Below, one piece after another: positions 19,129 to 27,436 of a DNA stretch of 64,000 nt. This DNA is from Spirochaetota bacterium (lineage in GTDB: Bacteria; Spirochaetota; JAHITG01; JAFGFC01). The stretch lies in contig JAFGFC010000001.1 in NCBI GenBank assembly GCA_016931325.1, forward strand, positions 1,419 to 65,418. The letters run 5' to 3'. A program made the translations under genes and the position numbers. Within the stretch, counting starts at the first letter, position 1. Every line of letters begins with the position of its first letter. The notes under the pieces were generated by a model that saw nothing but the letters and a program-made list of their open reading frames with translations, made no database searches and was not told the DNA's origin.

Positions 19129-20217
19129 ATGAGAAAGGAAAAAAAAGAACAAAAGGACAGGCTTGACCGTATCGGAGCCAAACTGAGGGAACGGTTATAC
19201 AGGATAAGGGGAGATGAGATCTTGCCAAAAGAAAATAAATGGGCAAGTGATTTTTATCATTACCGGACTGATCAAGATGATTTTTCCAGAGCGCGAAAAC
19301 TAAAAATTGATCTACTGGAGAAATACAGGAATTGTACGATTCAAGAGGCCGTGCCGGGAAAAAATATACAAAATGAAAAGGGAGAATGTTACCTTATTGA
19401 AAAGCAAACTGATATTAATTCAGAAATGGTCAATCCGTTGAATGTCAATGAGAAGATCCTGTCCCATTTAAGGCTGGTATGGGGAATAGGTTTTTCCATC
19501 GAATCATGTTTAAAAAAAAGGGGGTATCATACGATCAATGATCTGCAGGATCATCCCCGTTTTAAAAAACACTCCAGCGATTTTTTAAAGATCTTTCAAT
19601 CAGGCCGGAAAGAAGATCTTTTAAAATGGATATCCCGATGGTTGGGACGGTCTCACCCTTTAATGTTTCTCACTTCCGGTTTTTTTAATAAAGAGAATTT
19701 CCTCTTTGTTGATATAGAGACCCTTGGTCTTTTTTCAAGACCTGTTATTCTAATCGGCCTGGCTTTTATAAAAAACTCAAAATTTAACATTATACAGTAT
19801 TTTATCAGAGATATCCAGGAAGAACCATCAGCTTTGAAAGCCTTTCTTTCTCATGTTAAAAATGATACGATACTGGTCACTTATAATGGCAGGGCATTTG
19901 ACATTCCCTATATAAAAGAGAGATTAACTTATTATGGCATCAGGGCAGAGTTGGGGTATGTTCATTATGATATGCTGCCATTTTCCAGGCGTATTTGGAA
20001 AGGGAGATTTCCCGACTGTTCTCTTACAACGATTGAAAAATTCTATTTTAAAACTATCAGAACCGACGATGTCCCCTCCGGTATGGTCCCTGATTTTTAT
20101 GATACCTACCTGAGAACCGGCAATATTGGCCCTCTTGTCCCTATTATTCAGCATAACTCGTTTGATCTTTTTACGCTGGGAAGGATCTTTTTTACTCTTC
20201 ATAAAATATGGCAATAA
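19129..20217 (+). CDS. YprB/MrfB-like RNase H-fold DEDDh exonuclease with HhH motif
   Basis: FVDIETLG, YNGRAFD and HNSFDL catalytic motifs; HhH-like WGIGFSIESCLKKRGY; overlaps the helicase start. Confidence 0.85.
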   Translation: MRKEKKEQKDRLDRIGAKLRERLYRIRGDEILPKENKWASDFYHYRTDQDDFSRARKLKIDLLEKYRNCTIQEAVPGKNIQNEKGECYLIEKQTDINSEMVNPLNVNEKILSHLRLVWGIGFSIESCLKKRGYHTINDLQDHPRFKKHSSDFLKIFQSGRKEDLLKWISRWLGRSHPLMFLTSGFFNKENFLFVDIETLGLFSRPVILIGLAFIKNSKFNIIQYFIRDIQEEPSALKAFLSHVKNDTILVTYNGRAFDIPYIKERLTYYGIRAELGYVHYDMLPFSRRIWKGRFPDCSLTTIEKFYFKTIRTDDVPSGMVPDFYDTYLRTGNIGPLVPIIQHNSFDLFTLGRIFFTLHKIWQ

Positions 20218-22478
20218 TCATACAGGATATAATTAATCAGTTAGAAAGGAATATACTGTTTAAAGATAATCTGGAGCATATAGAGATCATTGATAAAAAA
20301 GAGGCTGACTTTGGGAATTTAAAGATAAAATTATCCCCACCAGTTTTAGAATATCTTTCCCGGAAAAAAATAAAGCTTTACAGACATCAATGCCAGGTCA
20401 TTCATTATTTGACAGAGGGGAGGAATGTGATCATCACGACCCCGACCGCTTCAGGAAAGACCCTGGCGTTTAATATTCCCGTTTTTGAGGCCATGATAAG
20501 TGATCATGAAACCAGAGCCCTTTATCTGTATCCCACAAAGGCTTTATCTCAGGATCAGCTGAAAGTGATCAAGGATTTTGAAAGGACCGCAGGTTCGATC
20601 TCCCTTACGCCTCGTATTTATGATGGTGATACCTCGCCTTCACAGAGGCCGGTTATAAGGGAAACCAGCCGGATCATTATCTCTAATCCCTATGAACTTC
20701 ACCAGATACTGCCCTTTCATTCCAAATGGCAGAAATTTTTCAAGAACCTAAAATTCATTGTTCTTGACGAAGCCCATCGTTATAGAGGTGTCTTTGGTAG
20801 CCATATCGCCTATGTTATAAGAAGGCTTTTAAGGATCGCTCAGTTTTATGGGTCAACGCCTCAGTTTATCCTGTCTACGGCCACGCTGGCCAATCCATTG
20901 GAATTTGCAGAGAAACTGACAGGCTGCGGTTTCAATCTGGTAAATGAAGATTCATCCCCTCATGGGAAAAAATATTTTATATTTTATAATCCGTATTCAG
21001 ATGGCACCCAGAATCTATCATCGCATCAACATACCAAAAATCTGTTTCTTTTTTTTATCAAGCAGGGTCTGCAAACGCTGTGTTTCACCGTGTCCAGGAA
21101 AATGGCCGAACTTGTAAGTTTCTGGGCCAGGCAGGACCTGAAAAGAATGAATAATGCATTATCTGAAATGATTATGTCCTACCGGGCAGGATATCTTCCT
21201 TTAGAGCGGAGGAAAATAGAGAATGATCTGAAACACGGTCTGTTAAAAGGGGTGGCCACAACCAATGCCCTGGAACTGGGTATTGATATAGGGAGTCTGG
21301 ATTGTGTCATTATTTCAGGATATCCCGGTACAGTCATATCAACATGGCAACAGGCCGGACGGGCCGGGCGTGGTATTGAAGAATCAATAGTGGTTATGGT
21401 CGCCTTTCAAAATCCTCTGGATCAGTATTTCATGAAACATCCCGGGACTTTTTTTGACAAATCCTGTGAGCATGCTGTTATTGATCTGGACAATGAACAT
21501 ATTGTGTCAGGGCATTTATTATGCGCTACTTCAGAGTTGCCCCTTATCTTTGACAAAGATCAAAGATATTTGCCCAGCCGTGTTGATATCATGGAAGAGA
21601 TGCAGAAACACTCCCTGGTCCAAAAAACTCCTCATGGTTGGGTTTATAAAGGGGTATCCCGAGCCACAGAGGTGGTCAGTCTGGAAAATATATCATCAGA
21701 GGTCTTCAAGATAATCTGCGAAAAGAAATTGATCGGGACTTTAGATAGAGAACAGGCTATACGGGAGACCTACCCGGGTGCGATATTTCTGCATGGAGGA
21801 CAAACCTATCTGGTTGAAGAATTGGATTTAAAAAGCTGCCATGTCCATATAAGCCAAAAAGAGGTGGATTATTACACTCAGTCATTGGAAGTAGCGGATA
21901 TTAAAATCTTGAAAGAGTTGGACAGGCAGCGGAAACAGAAAATCGATATTGTTCTGGGAGAGGTTGAGGTGAAAGAGCATCATACCGGATACAAGATCAT
22001 AAAATATGACAAGATCATAGGTACACAGAAACTTGACCTCCCCGCCCTGCGGTTTCAAACAATCGCCTTATATATCACTTTTCCGCATGAATCAGGGGAA
22101 AAGATGAGAATTGACGGGATAGATTTTGCCGGCAGCCTGCACGGTATGGAGCATGCCTTGATCAGCGTATTCCCTTTCCATGTGATGTGTGACCGGTGGG
22201 ATATAGGCGGTGTTTCCACTGTATTGCATCCTCAGACCGCAAAACCCAGTGTTTTTATCTATGACGGATTTGAAGGCGGGATCGGGCTTGCTGAAAAAGC
22301 CATAGATCTCTTGCAGCCTATAACACAGATGGCCTTTGATCTGGTAAAGGATTGCCCCTGTGAGGAAGGATGCCCGTCCTGCATTTACTCTCCAAAATGC
22401 GGGAATGAAAATAAACCGATGGATAAAAAGGGTACTATTTTTTTGCTTGGAGAATTACTGGATATCTTGAAAAAATAG
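20208..22478 (+). CDS. DEAH-box helicase with C-terminal DUF1998 (MrfA/YprA/SftH/Hrq1-like)
   Basis: PTASGKT, YPTKALSQDQ, DEAH, TNALELGIDIG and QQAGRAGR motifs; C-terminal MCD...CPCEEGCPSC cysteine cluster. Confidence 0.92.
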   Translation: MAIIIQDIINQLERNILFKDNLEHIEIIDKKEADFGNLKIKLSPPVLEYLSRKKIKLYRHQCQVIHYLTEGRNVIITTPTASGKTLAFNIPVFEAMISDHETRALYLYPTKALSQDQLKVIKDFERTAGSISLTPRIYDGDTSPSQRPVIRETSRIIISNPYELHQILPFHSKWQKFFKNLKFIVLDEAHRYRGVFGSHIAYVIRRLLRIAQFYGSTPQFILSTATLANPLEFAEKLTGCGFNLVNEDSSPHGKKYFIFYNPYSDGTQNLSSHQHTKNLFLFFIKQGLQTLCFTVSRKMAELVSFWARQDLKRMNNALSEMIMSYRAGYLPLERRKIENDLKHGLLKGVATTNALELGIDIGSLDCVIISGYPGTVISTWQQAGRAGRGIEESIVVMVAFQNPLDQYFMKHPGTFFDKSCEHAVIDLDNEHIVSGHLLCATSELPLIFDKDQRYLPSRVDIMEEMQKHSLVQKTPHGWVYKGVSRATEVVSLENISSEVFKIICEKKLIGTLDREQAIRETYPGAIFLHGGQTYLVEELDLKSCHVHISQKEVDYYTQSLEVADIKILKELDRQRKQKIDIVLGEVEVKEHHTGYKIIKYDKIIGTQKLDLPALRFQTIALYITFPHESGEKMRIDGIDFAGSLHGMEHALISVFPFHVMCDRWDIGGVSTVLHPQTAKPSVFIYDGFEGGIGLAEKAIDLLQPITQMAFDLVKDCPCEEGCPSCIYSPKCGNENKPMDKKGTIFLLGELLDILKK

Positions 22479-22513
22479 ATGATATTATTATGACAAAGCA
22501 GCATTAAGAGTCC

Positions 22514-22551
22514 CTACCAAATACTAACCACTACAAACTAATCACTGAAAA
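22514..22551. repeat. short degenerate heptamer array downstream of tRNA-Val
   Basis: CTACCAA ata CTAACCA CTACAAA CTAATCA CTGAAAA. Confidence 0.5.
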
Positions 22552-22555
22552 AATG

Positions 22556-22628
22556 TGGGCGGTAGAGGATTTGAACCTCTGACCCCTTGCTTGTAAGGCA
22601 AATGCTCTCCCAGCTGAGCTAACCGCCC
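22556..22628 (-). tRNA. tRNA-Val (anticodon TAC), CCA not encoded
   Basis: Minus strand reads GGGCGGTTAGCTCAGCTGGGAGAGCATTTGCCTTACAAGCAAGGGGTCAGAGGTTCAAATCCTCTACCGCCCA. It folds as a cloverleaf with anticodon loop CTTACAA and T-loop TTCAAAT. Confidence 0.97.
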
Positions 22629-22699
22629 TTTTAAATTACGGCGTTCAAAGTGCCAGGTGAAAAATAGAATGAAATAAACGCAGTAGCAAAGATAACAAT

Positions 22700-23242
22700 T
22701 TATTTTCTGATGGCAAGATATTTTTTAAAGGCTTCTTTGACACAATTGATTACGGCTTTTGAAGAGATTGTGGCTCCTGTAAGGGCCTGGATATCCCCTT
22801 CTATCTGATCCTTTGTTTTCTTTTTAAATTGAAGTAAAAAATAAGGTTCGGCCTGGCCTTTTTTCTTTTCCTCTATTTTTGATCCCAGTCCGGGTGTTTC
22901 CGAGTGTGAGGAAACGACCACTCCTGTAACCTGACCGAACAGATCAATACCTACCTGGCAGACGACAGGACCGCCATATCCCTTGGCTTCAGTCTTAAAT
23001 ACATACCCGATCAGGTTTCTTTTCATTTTATCAGAATAGATCCTGTAACGGTCACCTTCCTTGTCAAAGCTCTGAACACGGGGGAGGATTATGCTTATAT
23101 TCTCTTTTTCTTTTTTAAGATCATTTTCTTCAATTATGGGCCTGGTTATACTGTACACAAGTGAGAGCATCAGGGCTGATATACCGGTAAAGATCAATAG
23201 GATCAGTCCCAACTTGAAAATACCTGATTCATTTTTATTCAT
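22700..23242 (-). CDS. rnfG: RnfG-like FMN-binding membrane-anchored subunit
   Basis: N-terminal TM, KGYGG, HSETPGLGSKI, and the flavinylation motif LTGATISS. Confidence 0.82.
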   Translation of the reverse strand: MNKNESGIFKLGLILLIFTGISALMLSLVYSITRPIIEENDLKKEKENISIILPRVQSFDKEGDRYRIYSDKMKRNLIGYVFKTEAKGYGGPVVCQVGIDLFGQVTGVVVSSHSETPGLGSKIEEKKKGQAEPYFLLQFKKKTKDQIEGDIQALTGATISSKAVINCVKEAFKKYLAIRK

Positions 23243-23246
23243 CGGC

Positions 23247-23660
23247 TCAGACCTCGAATTTGAACAAGCGATTAATAAAATGTATTATCTTCTTGAACAG
23301 CGTATAAAAAAAACGCTTTAACGGGCTCATATTCTTTATTTTTTCCAGCTCCTGTTTCTTACTCAATCCCCGATGGAGCTCATCAGGGGTAAAATCCTTT
23401 CTGGCAATATTTTCATCCAGTTCAATGTTCAACTTTTGCAGATCATCCCTGGTCTTTAGTATTTTGGCCTCAATCTCTTTCCAGCCTAATTTTTTAGCGG
23501 CCTGAAGTCGTCGATAACCGGAGAGCAGCTCATTTTTTTGATTCAACACGATAGGATTGATTAACCCATTTTTTTCCATACTGAAAACAAGCATTTTAAT
23601 ATTTCCCATATCTTTACGGACCCTGTTCTTTACTCTTATTTTATTGACCTGTATTTTCAT
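23247..23660 (-). CDS. small ParB/Srx N-terminal-domain protein
   Basis: RVRKD, GLINPIVL, LSGYRRLQAAKKLG and ENIARKDF motifs; no HTH domain. Confidence 0.85.
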   Translation of the reverse strand: MKIQVNKIRVKNRVRKDMGNIKMLVFSMEKNGLINPIVLNQKNELLSGYRRLQAAKKLGWKEIEAKILKTRDDLQKLNIELDENIARKDFTPDELHRGLSKKQELEKIKNMSPLKRFFYTLFKKIIHFINRLFKFEV

Positions 23661-23820
23661 CAGAATGGCTGAATATTACATAATTACAGAAAAATGTCAA
23701 CTTTTTTATATTTCTATCATTACAAATACATTTTAATATTTTCTAAACAATGAGGACCTCTGACCGGATTGCGGTATAAAAGGCCTTGACAATTAAAAAA
23801 AATCAGATTTACTATATTCA

Positions 23821-24609
23821 ATGATGATGATCGATTTTCATGTCCATGCTTTCCCGGATTTCCTGGCAAAGCGTGCCATGGACCAGCTGTCATATTTTTC
23901 CAGGCCCTTTCATGATGGAACGATCAAAGGGCTGTTCCATTCCATGGATGAAGCCGGTATTGACTGTTCTGTGGTCCAATCCATTGCTACCCGACCTGAT
24001 CAATCTGATAATATCCTGCAATGGTCCTTACAGATCAAAGGGGACAGAATTGAGCCGTTCATTTCAATCCACCCTGAAACAGAAAATTATATATCACTTT
24101 TAAAGAAAGCCAGGACAAAGGGTATTAAAGGGGTCAAAGTCCATCCTCATTATCAGGGATTCCAATCTGACGATGAAAATCTGTTTGGACTGTATGAGGC
24201 TTTCTGTGCTCTTGACTTTATTGTATTTTTCCATTCTGGCGAAGATCTGGCCTTCCCGGGTATGGATAACGCCTCTGTAAGGCGAATGGCAAAGGTATTG
24301 GAGAAATTCCCTCAGATGAAAATGGTACTGGCCCATATGGGAGCCTTCAGGGAGTGGGAAGAGGTTTATCGGCTTTTAGCCGGCAAAGATGTTTATTTCG
24401 AGACCTCGTTTATCCTTGAGGAGGGTGGCAAAGATCTTTTTCTTGATATCATGGAAAAGCATGATGATAAAAAGGTCTTGTTCGGGACTGATTCTCCCTG
24501 GTGCCATCAGAAAAAAGCCGTGGAATGCATCAGGAACTTGAATTTGCCCCAAGAAACTCAGGAACGTATTTTCTTTAAAAATGCATTGAATTTACTGAAA
24601 GGGGCCTAA
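23821..24609 (+). CDS. amidohydrolase_2 family metal-dependent hydrolase
   Basis: IDFHVH, GVKVHP, FHSG, LAHMG and LFGTDSPW motifs. Confidence 0.9.
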   Translation: MMMIDFHVHAFPDFLAKRAMDQLSYFSRPFHDGTIKGLFHSMDEAGIDCSVVQSIATRPDQSDNILQWSLQIKGDRIEPFISIHPETENYISLLKKARTKGIKGVKVHPHYQGFQSDDENLFGLYEAFCALDFIVFFHSGEDLAFPGMDNASVRRMAKVLEKFPQMKMVLAHMGAFREWEEVYRLLAGKDVYFETSFILEEGGKDLFLDIMEKHDDKKVLFGTDSPWCHQKKAVECIRNLNLPQETQERIFFKNALNLLKGA

Positions 24610-24668
24610 TGACTTATTGACTTTTCAGATATTTTTTAATAGTATTGTGTTTACTATTTTGAGGAGAA

Positions 24669-26465
24669 ATGTACATGTTAAAACGTAATATTTATTGTGG
24701 CGAGATAAAGGAGTCGGATATAGGTAAAAAAATGGTTCTGGCGGGATGGGTGCAATCTTACAGGGACCATGGCGGAGTTATTTTTATCGATCTCAGGGAT
24801 ATTACCGGCATCATGCAGGTTGTTTTTAATCCCGAGATCAATAAGGTCTCCCACAGTGTAGGTGAAACGCTCCGATCAGAGGATGTGATCGCTGTGCAGG
24901 GTGAGATTCAGAAAAGAAGCGAAGAGACGATCAATCCTAAACTTTTTACGGGCATGGTGGAGCTAAAGGTGAATGAAGTTGAGGTATTGAACAAATCAAA
25001 GACCCCGCCTTTTGAGATCAACGAAGAAGCCTCTCAAATTGGAGAGGAGCACAGGCTGACTTACAGGTATATTGATCTGAGAACCCCTGTTTTAAAACAG
25101 AATATGATCATTCGGCATAAAACCACTCAGGAAGTCAGGAATTTTTTAAATAAGAACCGGTTTCTGGAGATCGAGACCCCCATTATGAATAAAAGCACTC
25201 CAGAAGGAGCCAGGGATTTTTTAATACCCAGCCGTCTTAATCACGGAAAATTTTACGCTCTGCCCCAGTCTCCTCAAATATTCAAGCAATTGCTGATGGT
25301 GGCAGGGCTTGACAGATATTATCAGATTGCGCGCTGTTTTCGTGATGAGGACCTTCGTAAAGACAGACAGCCTGAATTCACTCAGATTGATATGGAACTT
25401 TCTTTTGTAGATGAAACTGATATTTATGTGATCATTGAACATATGTTTAAAGATGTTATAAAAAAAGTATATGATAAAAATATCTTGACCCCTTTCCCGA
25501 GAATGAGTTACCGGGAGGTGATGGGCCAATACGGTATGGATAAACCCGACACCCGCATTGATCTTTTCCTGGCGGATATCTCTGATCTTGCTGAAAAGAC
25601 CAATTTTCAGGTCTTTAAGGAAGCCCTGTCTAAAAAGGGGATTGTAAAGTCATTGAACGTAAAAGGGGGTGCTCGGTTTTCAAGAAAAGAGATTGAAGAT
25701 CTGACGGAGTATGTTTCTATTTTTGGGGCCAAAGGTCTGGCCTGGATTAAAATAACCGATAAGGGACCGGAATCATTACTGTTAAAGTATATTCCTGTTC
25801 AAATTCAAGACCAGATCCTGAAGAGAAACAAGTGCCAGGCCGGAGATATCCTCTTTTTTGGAGCGGATAATCACAAGATCGTCAATGACGCTCTTGGCAA
25901 CCTGAGGGTGAAAGTAGCGGAAATGTTACATCTGATCGATGAGAACAAACTTAATTTTTTATGGATAGATAATTTTCCTTTATTGGAATACAATGTAGAA
26001 GAGAAAAGATTTATCGCCATGCATCATCCATTCACCTCTCCAAAAATTTCTGAAAAAGAAGGAGGTACGGACAAACAGATCATTGAGGCTTTAAGAAAGA
26101 ATCCAGAAAATCTTTTTGCACGCAGTTATGATCTTGTCCTGAACGGGACAGAGCTCGGCGGAGGCAGTATAAGGATCCATAATAAGGCGGTACAAGAAAC
26201 CATGTTTGAAGCCTTAAAAATGGATAAAGAACTGTATTATCAGATGTTCGGCTTTCTCATAAAGGCTCTAGAATACGGCGCGCCCCCTCATGGAGGTATT
26301 GCCTTCGGACTGGATCGGTTTATCATGCTTATGTTAAAGGAGGATTCAATAAGGGATGTGATCGCTTTTCCCAAAACCCAGAAAGGGATATGCCTGTTAA
26401 GCGAGACTCCTGCTGAGGTAAGTAATATTCAATTAAAAGAATTAGGGATCAAGACAGTTAAATAA
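24669..26465 (+). CDS. aspS: aspartate--tRNA ligase
   Basis: RDHGGVIFIDLRD, STPEGARDF, LPQSPQ, FRDEDLRKDRQPEFTQIDME and PPHGGIAFGLDR motifs; GAD domain. Confidence 0.98.
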   Translation: MYMLKRNIYCGEIKESDIGKKMVLAGWVQSYRDHGGVIFIDLRDITGIMQVVFNPEINKVSHSVGETLRSEDVIAVQGEIQKRSEETINPKLFTGMVELKVNEVEVLNKSKTPPFEINEEASQIGEEHRLTYRYIDLRTPVLKQNMIIRHKTTQEVRNFLNKNRFLEIETPIMNKSTPEGARDFLIPSRLNHGKFYALPQSPQIFKQLLMVAGLDRYYQIARCFRDEDLRKDRQPEFTQIDMELSFVDETDIYVIIEHMFKDVIKKVYDKNILTPFPRMSYREVMGQYGMDKPDTRIDLFLADISDLAEKTNFQVFKEALSKKGIVKSLNVKGGARFSRKEIEDLTEYVSIFGAKGLAWIKITDKGPESLLLKYIPVQIQDQILKRNKCQAGDILFFGADNHKIVNDALGNLRVKVAEMLHLIDENKLNFLWIDNFPLLEYNVEEKRFIAMHHPFTSPKISEKEGGTDKQIIEALRKNPENLFARSYDLVLNGTELGGGSIRIHNKAVQETMFEALKMDKELYYQMFGFLIKALEYGAPPHGGIAFGLDRFIMLMLKEDSIRDVIAFPKTQKGICLLSETPAEVSNIQLKELGIKTVK

Positions 26466-26467
26466 AG

Positions 26468-27436
26468 ATGAAAAAAGAGATAACGATACCTGAAAAACAT
26501 CATGTTTCGGAAGTAGCCGGGCCGGAAGATAAATTTATAAAGCTGATCTCGAAAAATTTCTCTTTAAAAATATTCGTAAAAGGCAACAGATTGATATTGG
26601 AGGGAGAGGAAAAAGAACTGGATCAGATCGTAAAACTTTTCCATTCCATTATGGACGCGATTAAGAACGGATATAATATATCAAGTTATGATGTGACCTA
26701 TGGTATCAATCAGATAAAAAGAGGTCAGGTGGTTAACTATAACGAGATCTTTAAAAATGCCATTAAAGTATCTCTGAAAGGCAAGATTATTGTACCCAGA
26801 ACATACGGACAGGCCTGTTATATAGAGGATATTAAAAACTATGATATTGTCTTCTCCATCGGTCCTGCCGGGACCGGTAAAACCTATCTGGCCATGGCCC
26901 TGGCCATTAATTATTTGATCGATGAGCGTGTAAAAAAGATAATATTGACCAGGCCGGTTGTGGAAGCCGGAGAGAGTCTGGGTTATCTGCCCGGCAATAT
27001 CGAAGAAAAAGTCAATCCCTATCTTCGGCCGCTTTATGACGCAATCTTCGATATGATGAGTTATGAAAAGTTCGTTCGTCTTTCTCATACAGGGGTCATT
27101 GAAATCGCACCCCTGGCTTATATGAGAGGAAGGACTTTGAACGATGCTTTTATTATACTGGATGAGGGACAGAACACCAATCCCGAGCAGATGAAAATGT
27201 TTTTAACGCGTGTGGGGGTGAACTCCAAGGTGGTGATCACGGGTGATATTACCCAGATCGATCTGCCTGTAGAAAAGAAAAGCGGACTTATATTGATCCA
27301 GAGTATTTTGAAAGATATTGATGGTGTCAAGTTCAGTTATTTAACCAGTGAAGATGTGGTAAGGCATTATCTGGTTCAGAGGATTATTGATGCTTATGAA
27401 AGACATGATCCAGAAAATAAAAGAAACAGCCAATAA
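26468..27436 (+). CDS. phoH: PhoH family ATPase
   Basis: GPAGTGKT, LTRPVVEAGESLGYLPG, PLAYMRGRT, GDITQID motifs. Confidence 0.95.
   Translation: MKKEITIPEKHHVSEVAGPEDKFIKLISKNFSLKIFVKGNRLILEGEEKELDQIVKLFHSIMDAIKNGYNISSYDVTYGINQIKRGQVVNYNEIFKNAIKVSLKGKIIVPRTYGQACYIEDIKNYDIVFSIGPAGTGKTYLAMALAINYLIDERVKKIILTRPVVEAGESLGYLPGNIEEKVNPYLRPLYDAIFDMMSYEKFVRLSHTGVIEIAPLAYMRGRTLNDAFIILDEGQNTNPEQMKMFLTRVGVNSKVVITGDITQIDLPVEKKSGLILIQSILKDIDGVKFSYLTSEDVVRHYLVQRIIDAYERHDPENKRNSQ

Noticed and set aside
20208-22478. DISARM/Druantia-type defence system suggested by the DUF1998 helicase
   Set aside because: It is a single-chain helicase plus DUF1998 paired with a YprB exonuclease. There is no methylase, SNF2 or PLD partner, so MrfAB-like repair fits better.
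15232-22556. Genomic island integrated at tRNA-Val
   Set aside because: No integrase, no duplicated tRNA 3' end found by eye, and no obvious compositional break.
24669-26465. Definite non-discriminating AspRS call
   Set aside because: His in RDHGG favours the non-discriminating type, but the second diagnostic Gly is not evident (RSEETINP), so it is unresolved.
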